DNA of 64,000 bases from Eubacteriales bacterium (GCA_045595165.1 JAZNZY010000003.1:1374-65373), one strand, 5' to 3'; positions 1 to 9,784 are shown, counted from the stretch's first letter. Notes: generated from the sequence alone by a model not told the origin. Program-made: numbers and translations.

Positions 1-25
1 GGGCAAGTTCTGCTAATGTTTTCAT
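1..25 (-). CDS. 5' fragment (MKTLAELA...) of a gene running off the window, probably the thioredoxin-like [2Fe-2S] subunit (HndB-like) of the hydrogenase operon
   Basis: ATG at 25 with AAAGGA RBS; N-terminus and operon position fit HndB-type subunits; only 8 codons visible. Confidence 0.45.
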
Positions 26-55
26 TAAAAAAGATCCTTTCTTTTTTCGGTATAT

Positions 56-601
56 TTACATTTTTATATTTTCGTATTGTTGTTTGACGTAGTCCTTTAT
101 CCAAAGCTGTACGTCGGGATTTGAAAGGGGCAATCCCTGCAGGGCTTCCCGTAAAGCCCTTGTATCCAGCTCTACCGTTTTGCCCATAACGTCGTGTTTG
201 AATACCACATCTCCCTCGCCGCAGCCGTGCGCCATAAGGCATACGGTGGACGCCATATCGCCCAGCGGTGTGAAATCTATATGGTCTTTAAAAAACACTC
301 CGATTATTGCTGTTCCGTGTTTTTTCTCATCCTGCGAGCTTTGTATTTCAACGTGACCTCCGGTCTGCTCTGCAGCCTGACGGAAAAACGGAATACCGAG
401 TCCGACGTTTCTGGTGGTGCGGGTAGTGTAGAACGGGTCGGAAACCTTGTTAAGCGTTTCCTCACTCATACCGCTGCCGTTATCCTTTATGCATACGATA
501 AGCCTGTCCTCCGTTTCTTTCAACAGAACTTCTGTCAGCGAGGAGCGGGCTTCAAAGGAATTTTGGGCGATATCAAGTATATTAAGGGATAACTCTTTCA
601 T
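56..601 (-). CDS. HATPase_c (histidine-kinase-like ATPase) of hydrogenase operons
   Basis: LDIAQNS N-box, DNGSGM G1 box, DPFYTTR..VGLG G2 box. Confidence 0.8.
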   Translation of the reverse strand: MKELSLNILDIAQNSFEARSSLTEVLLKETEDRLIVCIKDNGSGMSEETLNKVSDPFYTTRTTRNVGLGIPFFRQAAEQTGGHVEIQSSQDEKKHGTAIIGVFFKDHIDFTPLGDMASTVCLMAHGCGEGDVVFKHDVMGKTVELDTRALREALQGLPLSNPDVQLWIKDYVKQQYENIKM

Positions 602-631
602 TTTCCGCCTCGTGGTGATCGATAATATATA

Positions 632-958
632 TTACAGTATCTTGCTCAGCTTCGTGCAGATATCGTAAGCGTTATCAGGCATAAGCAAAAGGTTGATTCC
701 TCTTGTTTCCGCCATGGAGATAACGTCATCCTCAGGACGGGCGTTTTCTCCGATAACAACACAGCTTACGTCTGCAAGAGATGCCACGGCAAGAACGTTG
801 ATATTTGACATTATCGTTACCCACACGTTGCACGGGCGCGCTTTACCCATTACCCGACTGAGGAGATCACCGGTATAACAGCCGCGCACAGTCTTTTCTC
901 CGCAAGGCAGTGCAAGCACTTGCGGTTCAAGCAGCGTAATAAGCTCGTTTACCGTCAT
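632..958 (-). CDS. DRTGG-domain protein
   Basis: YTGDLLSRVM..VWVTI..NINVLAVA motif; start moved to MTVNELI after AAAGGAG RBS. Confidence 0.75.
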   Translation of the reverse strand: MTVNELITLLEPQVLALPCGEKTVRGCYTGDLLSRVMGKARPCNVWVTIMSNINVLAVASLADVSCVVIGENARPEDDVISMAETRGINLLLMPDNAYDICTKLSKIL

Positions 959-1037
959 TTTGTACATCTCCTTTCGGATACGTTGTTGCGCCAGGGGGAA
1001 AGCGCCGGTTTGAAAGCCGGAAAACATCTGTATCCTT

Positions 1038-1520
1038 TTAGTTTCTGTATTTATCCAGAATATCCTTAACGTCTGCGGGAGTAAGACGACCGTAAACGTC
1101 TTCGTTTATTGTCATTACGGGTGCAAGACCGCAGCAACCGAGGCAGCGGGTGTCCTGAATAGTGAACAATCCGTCAGCAGTGGTTTCGCCTGCGCCGATA
1201 CCGAGTATCTCCATAACCTTATCAAGAACTGCCTGCGCACCTTTAACGTAGCAAGCGGTACCTGTGCATACGCTGATAATGTATTCTCCCTTGGGTTTAA
1301 GAGAAAACTGGGCATAGAATGTAGCAACGCCGTAAACCTCGGAAAGAGGGATATCCAGCGAATCTGCTATAAGCTCTTGTGTTTCCAAAGAAAGGTATCC
1401 GAAGAGTCCCTGTGCGTATTGCATGATGGGCATAAGAGGGCCGTCCATATTCTTGTGTTCCTCAATAAACGCCTTGAGCTCGGCTGTCTTTTGCTCCATC
1501 TTCTCTTTTGTTAATGCCAT
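1038..1520 (-). CDS. NuoE/HndA/HydC-like [2Fe-2S] subunit of NAD(P)-linked hydrogenase
   Basis: VYGVATFY, CTGTAC..CLGCCGLAP cysteine motifs. Confidence 0.9.
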   Translation of the reverse strand: MALTKEKMEQKTAELKAFIEEHKNMDGPLMPIMQYAQGLFGYLSLETQELIADSLDIPLSEVYGVATFYAQFSLKPKGEYIISVCTGTACYVKGAQAVLDKVMEILGIGAGETTADGLFTIQDTRCLGCCGLAPVMTINEDVYGRLTPADVKDILDKYRN

Positions 1521-1753
1521 TCTTTTTTGTCCTCCTGAAAAACTTATTTAACAGTTTTAGACCTGTTTGTTTTTGTAAAAATATCAAGCGTTATATAAAA
1601 AAGTATATAACAGCATATATGTTCACCATATAATAGCACATCCTTAAGTTTTTTTCAACAAAAAATGCAAAAAAATTTCACTTAATTTATATAAAATATT
1701 TGTGTATTGGAAAAAAGTGTGATATAATTTATGAGAAAGGAGTAATGAACCTC

Positions 1754-3412
1754 ATGAAAAACAAAACTTGGTGGCACGATAAAGTCGCGTATCAGATATA
1801 TCCCCGTTCTTTTATGGATTCCAACGGCGACGGTATCGGCGATATAAACGGCATTATCAGCAAGCTTGATTACCTTAAAGACTTGGGTGTGGAGATAGTT
1901 TGGCTTTCTCCCGTATACCGCTCTCCTATGGACGACGGCGGTTACGATATCTCCGATTATTACGATATAGACCCTATCTTCGGCAAAAAAGAAGATATGG
2001 ATAAGCTTTTGGAAGAGGCAAATAAGCGGGGCATAAAGATACTTATGGACCTTGTTATCAACCATTGCTCCGATGAGCACGAGTGGTTCCAAAAGGCTCT
2101 TGCAGACCCGAACTGCGAGGAAGCGGATTATTTCTGGTTCCGCGAGAGTGAGAACGGCCCTCCCAACAACTGGCGCTCTATGTTCGGCGGCTCTGCTTGG
2201 GAAAACGTTGGCGGAAACAGGTACTATATGCATCTGTTCTCTAAAAAACAGCCCGATCTTAACTGGGAAAACCCCGTTTTAAGACAAAAACTGTACGATA
2301 TGATCAATTATTGGCTGGATAAGGGCTTGGGCGGCTTCCGTATAGATGCTATCACTCACATAAAGAAGGACCCTACATTAAAATCCTACCCTGCGGATGC
2401 GGACGGAATGGCAGGCTGCTTTGCTCCTACCAGAAACTTCCCCGGTATCGGCGAATATCTCACGGATCTGCGCAAAAACACCTTCGATAATTACGAATGT
2501 GTTACCGTTGCGGAGGCGGCAGGTGTGCCCTATCAGGATCTTGGCGCATACATAGGCGCGGAAGACGGATATTTTGATACTATGTTCGATTTCTCTTATT
2601 CCGAGCCTTACGCGTACGGAAACGGTTGGCACGATTGCTATCGTCCCGGTGAATGGGATTTTGTTTCCTGGAGAGATACTTTGTATATGAGCCAGACCGA
2701 AACCGAAAAAATCGGATTCGGCGCGGTGTTTATAGAAAACCACGATTACCCCCGTTCTATGGATAAATTCATTCCCGATGCGTACAGAAGCGAGCGTGCT
2801 CAGAGAATGCTGGGCAATATGTATTTCTTTATGCGGGGTATTCCCTTTATTTATCAGGGGCAGGAATTGGGTATGACCAACACCCGTATGGACAGAATCG
2901 AGGATTTTGACGATATCTCCACCAAAAACCACTACCGCGTAGCTTTAAGGGACGGTCTTTCTCCCGAAAAAGCGCTGGCTGGAGTTATGCGTTATTCCCG
3001 CGATAACGCTCGCGTTCCGTTCCCTTGGACAACGGGTGAAAACGGCGGCTTTACCACAGGCACTCCTTGGCTTAAATGTCATCCCGATTACAAGGAATTC
3101 GCCGCAGAAGAGCTGATGAAAGACGAAAACAGCATGTACCACTGGTACAAGAATATGATCCGCATCCGCTCCGAATACAAGGATATACTTGTAGAAGGCT
3201 CTTTTGCTCCTCTTGATTTCGGTGTTGAAAAGAGCGTGTGCTATTCCCGCACCTCACAAAGCGGAAAGATAGTAAGCATAAACTCCTTTACTCCCGAAGC
3301 TACCGAATACGCTTGCGGATCAGGCAAGGTTATTAACGGCGACGGCATAAAGAGCTATGAAAACGGCGTGCTTACCCTTGAGCCCTTCGGCTGTGCTTTG
3401 ATACTTTTGTAA
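1754..3412 (+). CDS. GH13 alpha-glucosidase / oligo-1,6-glucosidase
   Basis: YQIYPRSF.DSNGDGIGD, DLVINH, QPDLNW, GFRIDAI, ENHD, YQGQELGM motifs. Confidence 0.92.
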   Translation: MKNKTWWHDKVAYQIYPRSFMDSNGDGIGDINGIISKLDYLKDLGVEIVWLSPVYRSPMDDGGYDISDYYDIDPIFGKKEDMDKLLEEANKRGIKILMDLVINHCSDEHEWFQKALADPNCEEADYFWFRESENGPPNNWRSMFGGSAWENVGGNRYYMHLFSKKQPDLNWENPVLRQKLYDMINYWLDKGLGGFRIDAITHIKKDPTLKSYPADADGMAGCFAPTRNFPGIGEYLTDLRKNTFDNYECVTVAEAAGVPYQDLGAYIGAEDGYFDTMFDFSYSEPYAYGNGWHDCYRPGEWDFVSWRDTLYMSQTETEKIGFGAVFIENHDYPRSMDKFIPDAYRSERAQRMLGNMYFFMRGIPFIYQGQELGMTNTRMDRIEDFDDISTKNHYRVALRDGLSPEKALAGVMRYSRDNARVPFPWTTGENGGFTTGTPWLKCHPDYKEFAAEELMKDENSMYHWYKNMIRIRSEYKDILVEGSFAPLDFGVEKSVCYSRTSQSGKIVSINSFTPEATEYACGSGKVINGDGIKSYENGVLTLEPFGCALILL

Positions 3413-3423
3413 AGGAAAAATAT

Positions 3424-4461
3424 ATGATTAAAATAGGATTAAGCGGCGTTGGCAGAATGGGCTCGTACCACCTCGCCGTGTACGAAAAATTAATGAACGA
3501 GGGCTTTCCCGTTAAGGTTGTCGCTGTTTGCGACGTAGATGTTTCCCGTCTTGACGGAAGTAAATCCACCCTTTCCAATTTGGCAGGGGAAAAAGGTAAT
3601 ATTTCCGCATATAACCAGTATACCGACCTTGACGAAATGCTAAAAAACGAAGAGCTGGACGCAGTTGATATAATTATGCCCACATACCTTCACAGCGCTG
3701 CGGCTGTTAAGGTGCTTAACAGCGGCAGACATTGTATGTGCGAAAAGCCTATGGCACTTAACGAAGATGAGTGCCGCGCAATGATAGACGCTGCCGATAA
3801 AAACGGCAAAATCCTTATGATCGGTCATTGCCTCCGTTTCTGGAAGGAATACGCATATCTTAAGGATATTACCGAAAAAGGCGTTTACGGTGCCTGCCTC
3901 AAGGCGTCATTCTGGCGGGGCGGATATCAGGACCACGTTAATTCCCCCTCTTGGGAGGATTGGATAATCACCCGTGAAAAGGGCGGCGGCGGTCTGTTTG
4001 ACCAGCATATTCACGATGCAGACTGTATCCGCTGGCTGTTCGGCGATCCCGAAACGGTTTCCGTTTTCGGCAAGACCGTTCATCCCAAGAGCGCCCACGA
4101 TATCGTAAACGCCAACTACGTGTATTCCGATAAACCCGTTTACGCTCACGATGATGTGGCTTACAAGGGTTATCCCTTCGGTTACGGATTTACCGTAAGC
4201 TATGAGCACGGCACGGTGGAATATAAAGATAACCTTCTTACCGTTTATCCCGAGGAGGGCGAAAAGTTCACACCCGACCTCACCTCCTACGGCGAAACCA
4301 CGGATGCATATTACAACGAGCTTAAATATTTCCTCACCTGCGTGCTGGAAGGACGTAAGCCCGAAAGATGTATGCCTTATGAAAGTATGCAGGCTGTAAA
4401 GCTGGTTACCGCAGAAACCCTTTCCGCAGACAACGGCGGAAAAATGATACAATATAAATAA
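3424..4461 (+). CDS. Gfo/Idh/MocA family oxidoreductase
   Basis: G.GRMG Rossmann fold, CEKP motif, GGGLFDQHIH. Confidence 0.9.
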   Translation: MIKIGLSGVGRMGSYHLAVYEKLMNEGFPVKVVAVCDVDVSRLDGSKSTLSNLAGEKGNISAYNQYTDLDEMLKNEELDAVDIIMPTYLHSAAAVKVLNSGRHCMCEKPMALNEDECRAMIDAADKNGKILMIGHCLRFWKEYAYLKDITEKGVYGACLKASFWRGGYQDHVNSPSWEDWIITREKGGGGLFDQHIHDADCIRWLFGDPETVSVFGKTVHPKSAHDIVNANYVYSDKPVYAHDDVAYKGYPFGYGFTVSYEHGTVEYKDNLLTVYPEEGEKFTPDLTSYGETTDAYYNELKYFLTCVLEGRKPERCMPYESMQAVKLVTAETLSADNGGKMIQYK

Positions 4462-4500
4462 AATCACCCCAAGAAACCTTACGGCTTCTCGGGAACCCCG
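4462..4500 (+). repeat. Hairpin repeat family, short copy 1
   Basis: AATCACCCCAAGAAACCTTACGGCTTCTCGGGAACCCCG; similar to copies at 6088, 34383 and 55922. Confidence 0.85.
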
Positions 4501-4506
4501 ATAATT

Positions 4507-4534
4507 AAAAACGCCCGAATTTCTCGGGCGTTTT
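4507..4534. terminator. Bidirectional intrinsic terminator
   Basis: AAAACGCCCGA-loop-TCGGGCGTTTT between convergent genes. Confidence 0.85.
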
Positions 4535-4554
4535 ATTATGGAGTGATTATGCTG

Positions 4555-5931
4555 TTAAATAATCGGGAAGAAGATATCATAAAAAGAGTAATATTTGTGA
4601 TACCACGCGCCGAAGCCTTCGTATTCGCGTACCGAATGTCCGCCGGTGGCGTAGGAATGGTACTCCTTCTTTATAATTTCTCCGTCTTCGTTATAAGTGT
4701 ATTCCCAAACCTCGTCTTGTTTACCGCTGAACTCGTTGTATCCTTTTTCCACCGATTTTATAATTCTTCCGTATTCATCGGTGGTATACTCAATACGTCC
4801 GTAACTATTAAGTCCGTCTATAGAATCCCATTCCTCGGATTTAATAAAACCGTTTTCGTCGTATTCGTATACATAGCGGTAAATTTGATTTTCTCCGCTT
4901 TTCTTTTCCTTGACCAAAAGATTTCCGTTTTCATCGTAGGTTCGGGTTTCGATAGCGATAGTTCCGTCAAAATACGGTTCTTCCGTCTTTACAAGCTTAC
5001 CGTTTTCTCCGTAGGTATACTTGGTTATACTGCCGTTAAGGGATTCCTCGATAATTCTTCCTTGTTCATCGTGCTTCCATTTCTGTATACGGTAAACTCC
5101 CATATCGCTTTTGTAGGTTTCGTAGTGGATAATTCTTCCGTTACCGTCATAAGCAAATCTTTTTATTTCCAAAACGTCGTCGGAAGAATGGGTGGTGGTT
5201 TCAATCCGTTCAAGCATACCGTAATCGTTCCAGAAAAACAGCTTTGTCTGCGAATATCCGTCCCGTATTTCAGTACGCTTGATAAGTCTTCCCTCGGAAT
5301 CGTAATAATATTTATGATAACTGTCCGAAACCGTGTGTAACAAACCGTTGCTGTCGAAGTAAAATCCGGTTACGCTGTCGTGAGGTGATCCTGAGCCGTG
5401 GTGGTATTCGTATACTGTCAAATATACGCTTTTGGGATTGCCGTTTTCGTAAAACCGGCAAAAATAGTTATAAGTCCCGTCTATTCCGCGTAACGTATCG
5501 TGAAACTGATACTTTTGGGTTTCATAATAAGAACCGAAGTTGTTGAGCAGTTGGGTGGCATAAATATCGTATTCTTTTTCTTTTAGCAATCTGTATGCTT
5601 GTGTGTATTCGCCGCTGTTGATAAGAGTGTGTATTTCCTCATATCCTTCCGGTATTTGTATTACATCCGGCGTTTTGGGGAAATTCTCGCTTATCATTGG
5701 CTGTGCGTAGCTTTTTTCGTCAGCGTCGCTCTCTTCCGCAGGCTTGCTTTCCTCGGGTTTGCTGTCCTCGGGTTTGCTTTCCTCGGGCGCAGATTCGTTT
5801 ACGCTTTCTTCTGCGGATTCGGAGCGGGAAACATTACTGCTCACGTCGGCGGGGTCGTCGGCTATGCATGAAACCGTAAACAAAACGATAGATAAAATAA
5901 GTGCTGTAAGTACAAAAAGCTTGGTTTTCAT
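4555..5931 (-). CDS. Lipoprotein with YD/RHS-like repeats
   Basis: Lipobox-like FTVSC, acidic S/E linker, repeated Y.YD..G.L motifs; start MKTKLF after GGAGGAG RBS. Confidence 0.75.
   Translation of the reverse strand: MKTKLFVLTALILSIVLFTVSCIADDPADVSSNVSRSESAEESVNESAPEESKPEDSKPEESKPAEESDADEKSYAQPMISENFPKTPDVIQIPEGYEEIHTLINSGEYTQAYRLLKEKEYDIYATQLLNNFGSYYETQKYQFHDTLRGIDGTYNYFCRFYENGNPKSVYLTVYEYHHGSGSPHDSVTGFYFDSNGLLHTVSDSYHKYYYDSEGRLIKRTEIRDGYSQTKLFFWNDYGMLERIETTTHSSDDVLEIKRFAYDGNGRIIHYETYKSDMGVYRIQKWKHDEQGRIIEESLNGSITKYTYGENGKLVKTEEPYFDGTIAIETRTYDENGNLLVKEKKSGENQIYRYVYEYDENGFIKSEEWDSIDGLNSYGRIEYTTDEYGRIIKSVEKGYNEFSGKQDEVWEYTYNEDGEIIKKEYHSYATGGHSVREYEGFGAWYHKYYSFYDIFFPII
5741..5787. repeat. 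15-bp coding tandem repeat (about 3 units; E-E/D-S-K-P linker)
   Basis: GGTTTGCT(T/G)TCCTCG units. Confidence 0.8.
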
Positions 5932-5986
5932 ATGTTTCTCCTCCATTAGTAATTATATATATTCGGCTGTTAACCTTTACACTTAT

Positions 5987-6045
5987 ATTATACATAATAT
6001 GGTAAAAATGTCTATAAATAAATTATGAATAAAATGAATTTTGTG
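5987..6045 (-). promoter_or_regulatory. Sigma-A-like promoter with upstream repeat boxes, shared with 36108-36168
   Basis: TAGACA-16 nt-TATAAT with TG; ATTTATAGAC and CCATATTATG blocks identical to those at 36134-36160. Confidence 0.6.
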
Positions 6046-6087
6046 TAAATGAACAATAAATTATTTGTAATTTGTAGATTTTATACT

Positions 6088-6126
6088 AATCACCCTAAGA
6101 AGCCGCAAGGCTTCTTGGGGACCCCG
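6088..6126 (+). repeat. Hairpin repeat family, short copy 2
   Basis: AATCACCCTAAGAAGCCGCAAGGCTTCTTGGGGACCCCG. Confidence 0.85.
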
Positions 6127-6130
6127 ACAA

Positions 6131-6163
6131 AAAGCGGCATTCGCAAAAAACGGATGCCGCTTT
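6131..6163 (-). terminator. Intrinsic terminator of the amidase operon
   Basis: AAAGCGGCAT.CG...CGGATGCCGCTTT stem with A-tract on the left. Confidence 0.75.
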
Positions 6164-6168
6164 AAAAG

Positions 6169-7860
6169 CTATTTGGTTTTACGAAGAATTCTCACGTAAT
6201 CGTTAAGGGTTACTTTGCCGTCGCCATTGGCGTCGGGATATCCGCGGGGAACGTCCTCGCCCAAAATTATTTTGCGGATATATTCGGCATCCCGCTTTTC
6301 GATCTTTCCGTTGTAATCCGCATCGCCGTTTATCACTCGCGTAGCCGCTTCCACGGATTCGGTTACCATATACGCTGTGCCGTCGGTATCAATAACGTAA
6401 TCGGGCAGGGTAGCGGAGGGGGAATATCTGTGCTTTTCAAGCCGTGTTCCTTCGGATGTCATCGCCTCGTAATATTTGTTTACCAGACTCATAAAATAAT
6501 TCCATCCGGTTCCGTCGTGTATCAGTTGCTTATTTGTATTTAACCGCATATAATATGGGCATTGCTTTGAGTGGAAATAATACACATCGGTATGCTGAAG
6601 AATCTTATCCGGCGTAAGCTCGTATTTTACCAGCAATTCTGCGGTAAGCACAGCCGCGTTTTCCATTGCGGGAGTAAATGTTTCTTCATACCATTTATCG
6701 AATTCCGCACCGCTTGTTATGGGGTCGTTGTTACCGCCGGGACCTACGGGCGCACCCTGAAGACAAATCTCTATGCCGATAGTATAAAAATTATAATTGG
6801 TGGCGGCGTGCCAGCCCGCAACTGCATCGGGCAAGCCGTGGTAAATCACGTTTCCGTCTACGGTATAGTGCCACGAGGAGGAAGAGCCGTCCGTCTTGTG
6901 GACAAGATAATTGTGAACAAAATCCGCATCGGAGTAATATTCACACATGCCCGTGTTGTGTATTACGATATAGCGGATATCGTTGACGTAATGGGAATAA
7001 TAAGGTCTTCCCACCGACATAAAATCGTTTATAACCTTTACTTTTTCTCCGAATCCTTCACCGATGTAAAAGGTTTTACCGGGTTCGTCAAAATTCGCGG
7101 TAGAGGGATATGCGTATCCCGATACTTTTTTGATACTGTTTTCAAGCACGCCTTCGGGAATAGCGTATCCGCTGGAGAAATCGTATATTCTGCCTTCGCC
7201 GTCGCCGCCGAGAGAGGTTATATGCTCAATGTTTCCGTAAGCGGAAACGCATATTTCATCTGTAAGAGTGGTGTACTTTGCATCCTGTGTAAAGGTCACG
7301 CGGATATATCTTGCGGAAAAGGTTTCTTCAAGCTGAATTCGGTTTATCAGTATTTCGGTGCGCTTGTTTTCAACGTTTTGCACCATCAGGTCGCCTACGG
7401 AGAAAAAGTTTTCCCCGTCAACGGATGCCTTTACAGAAATAGAAGGCGTAAGACCTGAAATTCTGCGTTCCGTCATAGTGCGTATGAAGACTTGACCGAT
7501 CTCCCGCGCTACGTAGCCTATATCCAGAGTTACGGTAACGGAATAAGTCCCCTCGCCGCTTTCGGATTTATATCCTACCCAACCGTTGCTTCCTATCCAA
7601 TCCGTGTTGTTGTAATCGATAACAGGCGCGAAAATACCGTCCGTAAGCTCGTTGCCGTCGTCCGTGTAGTTTTCGAGAGGGATCGCGTCATTATATTCCA
7701 CAGTATAGTTCTTGTTTTGGGATACGGTCGCTTGTCTTGTGGCAGCGCGTTCCTCGGTATCGTATACAGGCGTTGCGTTTGCCGCTGTTGCCGCTATGGG
7801 AAACAGCGCCAGAATTACCGCCATTACGAATAAAACTGTCTTTTTCAAAATCTTCATCAA
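6169..7860 (-). CDS. Secreted N-acetylmuramoyl-L-alanine amidase (Amidase_2) with N-terminal discoidin-like domain and C-terminal dockerin
   Basis: Signal peptide; IVIHNT, SWHYTVD, AGWHA, IGIEIC, QH.D..K.CP; two EF-hand-like dockerin loops (GDADYNGKI, DANGDGKVTLND). Confidence 0.8.
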   Translation of the reverse strand: MMKILKKTVLFVMAVILALFPIAATAANATPVYDTEERAATRQATVSQNKNYTVEYNDAIPLENYTDDGNELTDGIFAPVIDYNNTDWIGSNGWVGYKSESGEGTYSVTVTLDIGYVAREIGQVFIRTMTERRISGLTPSISVKASVDGENFFSVGDLMVQNVENKRTEILINRIQLEETFSARYIRVTFTQDAKYTTLTDEICVSAYGNIEHITSLGGDGEGRIYDFSSGYAIPEGVLENSIKKVSGYAYPSTANFDEPGKTFYIGEGFGEKVKVINDFMSVGRPYYSHYVNDIRYIVIHNTGMCEYYSDADFVHNYLVHKTDGSSSSWHYTVDGNVIYHGLPDAVAGWHAATNYNFYTIGIEICLQGAPVGPGGNNDPITSGAEFDKWYEETFTPAMENAAVLTAELLVKYELTPDKILQHTDVYYFHSKQCPYYMRLNTNKQLIHDGTGWNYFMSLVNKYYEAMTSEGTRLEKHRYSPSATLPDYVIDTDGTAYMVTESVEAATRVINGDADYNGKIEKRDAEYIRKIILGEDVPRGYPDANGDGKVTLNDYVRILRKTK

Positions 7861-8555
7861 CCTTTTTTGGATTCTACGGCTCTGCTTATTTTCTTGATTG
7901 CATCGTCTGTCATGGCATCGGGATGTACCGTAAACATTACTTTTGCGTTATCGGTGCTTATTTCAATTACAAAGCATTCAACGTAGCGGTTTTTCTTTTT
8001 TATTTCCTTAGTGTAGCTTTTGTCAATAAGTTCGATATTCTTTATCTCGGAAAGAGGCGCGTTGAATCGGGTAATGTTCGTATCGCCGCTCATAAGGTCA
8101 AGATTGCCCGCAACAACGTACAGCGTATCCGGTGTATAAGTAACGGCGCCGCCGCCGTACCGGTCACAGCGGGGAGTGTTGTCCCCTCCGAACACCAAAG
8201 CGGTTATATCATTATCCCACAGCTCGTATCCGCCTGAAACGTAATCGAAAACGCGGTTTATCTTTGCGTGCTTTTCGGTTTCGTTTACAAAGCTTTCCAG
8301 CTCGTTTTCCAATTTCTTGTGGAAGGTAGCGGAATATTCATCCACCGAGCCATCCTTTATACGTACTGCGAAATGGCATATTATTACTACAACGCCTGCC
8401 ACTATAGTTAGCCAGGATGCCTGATACAACTGCCATTCGTGAAGCAGGAAATCATTGAGGAAGTACAGTATAATTCCCGCAATAACGATTCCCACACCCG
8501 TAAAAAGCAGTTTTTTCGTTTGAGTGAAATATTTTTTAAAGCTCTTTTTCTCCAT
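7857..8555 (-). CDS. Hypothetical membrane protein (2 N-terminal TM helices)
   Basis: ORF in operon with 4-bp overlap; hydrophobic segments. Confidence 0.7.
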   Translation of the reverse strand: MEKKSFKKYFTQTKKLLFTGVGIVIAGIILYFLNDFLLHEWQLYQASWLTIVAGVVVIICHFAVRIKDGSVDEYSATFHKKLENELESFVNETEKHAKINRVFDYVSGGYELWDNDITALVFGGDNTPRCDRYGGGAVTYTPDTLYVVAGNLDLMSGDTNITRFNAPLSEIKNIELIDKSYTKEIKKKNRYVECFVIEISTDNAKVMFTVHPDAMTDDAIKKISRAVESKKG

Positions 8556-8558
8556 TAA

Positions 8559-9734
8559 TTAACCTTCGACTTTCTTTATCGTGTCCTTCAGACTGTCATA
8601 AATTGCCTGTGCGTATGTTTTGTAGGTGGTATCCTTGGGATGCAATCCGTCGGTAAATATCTCCTTCTGTCCTTTTCCCCAGGTATACAGATCTATTGTT
8701 TCAAGTGAAAATTCCTCGGCGATCTGCTTTATGAGGGGAAGGGAATATGCGTCAATATTTGCGTTCCAGCCGTCGGCGTTCCAGTGATCCGTGCCTACCT
8801 TGAAAAGAGGTGTGGGCAGACAAATGTATATCTGTACGTCCTTGTTCTTTTTATAAAAAGAATTCAGAAGTGCTCTTGCGGAATTAAGGAACATATCCTT
8901 TCTGTCGGGATCGGACCAATCCTTCCAATCCTGACCGGGGTTGGAATCGTTGGTGCCCAGCGCAAATATTACCACGTCGGGATCAAACTTCAATGCGTCG
9001 CTGTACTGCTTGCTTTTTCCGTATGCGTAAGGATCGTTACTGCAGATGGAATATCCGCTCAGTCCCGCGTTAAGCACGCAGTAATCCCAGCCCAGCATTT
9101 GCTGAATGTATGCGGGATATGTCATATCGTTTCTTGTGGAGTTTATACCTTGGGTAATACTGTCGCCCACGCAGGCAACCTTTATAACCGGTTCGTTACC
9201 ACTGGTCATAAAATCCGTAAGATCTCCGTCTTTATCGGTCTTGCAAACTTTTATCAGCTTTTCCAAAGCAAAGTGCCAGCCGTTTGCATGGCTTCCCGCC
9301 AGCATGATCTTGGTTCCCTTTACTACCAGGGAATATTGACCTGCTTCAAAGGAATCTCTGTCAAAAGCGTTGCGCAGGCTTCTTCCCGATGTAAATCCCA
9401 CCAGAATCTCGTACTCAGTTTGGGCAACGGTATCGGGTACCGCTTTGAGAGTGTAACCGCAGTATTCCTGCAAAAATGCGTTTATCTCGTCAACTACCAG
9501 ACGGTAGTGGTTATAATTATCGTAGGTGGCGGAATTGCAGTAAACAATGGTAAATTCCTTAAGGCTTACACCGTTTACCGTAATCTCTCGGGGACCGAAT
9601 CCCTCGTCTTTGGATACTTCTTTGCTTTGTTCGTCGCTCGCGTCGGATACTTCGGGGGTATCGGTGCAGGCAAAAAGGGTAATGGTAAAGCAAAGGCAAA
9701 GTAAAAGCGCAATAATTTTTTTCATTTTGTTCAC
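8559..9734 (-). CDS. SGNH/GDSL esterase lipoprotein
   Basis: LFAC lipobox; GDSIT, N.G.SG, LGTND, DGLHP blocks. Confidence 0.85.
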   Translation of the reverse strand: MNKMKKIIALLLCLCFTITLFACTDTPEVSDASDEQSKEVSKDEGFGPREITVNGVSLKEFTIVYCNSATYDNYNHYRLVVDEINAFLQEYCGYTLKAVPDTVAQTEYEILVGFTSGRSLRNAFDRDSFEAGQYSLVVKGTKIMLAGSHANGWHFALEKLIKVCKTDKDGDLTDFMTSGNEPVIKVACVGDSITQGINSTRNDMTYPAYIQQMLGWDYCVLNAGLSGYSICSNDPYAYGKSKQYSDALKFDPDVVIFALGTNDSNPGQDWKDWSDPDRKDMFLNSARALLNSFYKKNKDVQIYICLPTPLFKVGTDHWNADGWNANIDAYSLPLIKQIAEEFSLETIDLYTWGKGQKEIFTDGLHPKDTTYKTYAQAIYDSLKDTIKKVEG

Positions 9735-9755
9735 TCCGCGTTAATTATTATATCC

Positions 9756-9784
9756 ATTATAATTGTTTTTTGTCCATATGTCAA
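9756..9784 (-). promoter_or_regulatory. Consensus sigma-A promoter
   Basis: TTGACA-17 nt-TATAAT on the minus strand. Confidence 0.8.

Noticed and set aside
4555-5931. YD-repeat protein as an RHS toxin
   Set aside because: No RHS core terminus (DPxG) or toxin tip, and no downstream immunity gene; treated as a YD-repeat lipoprotein.
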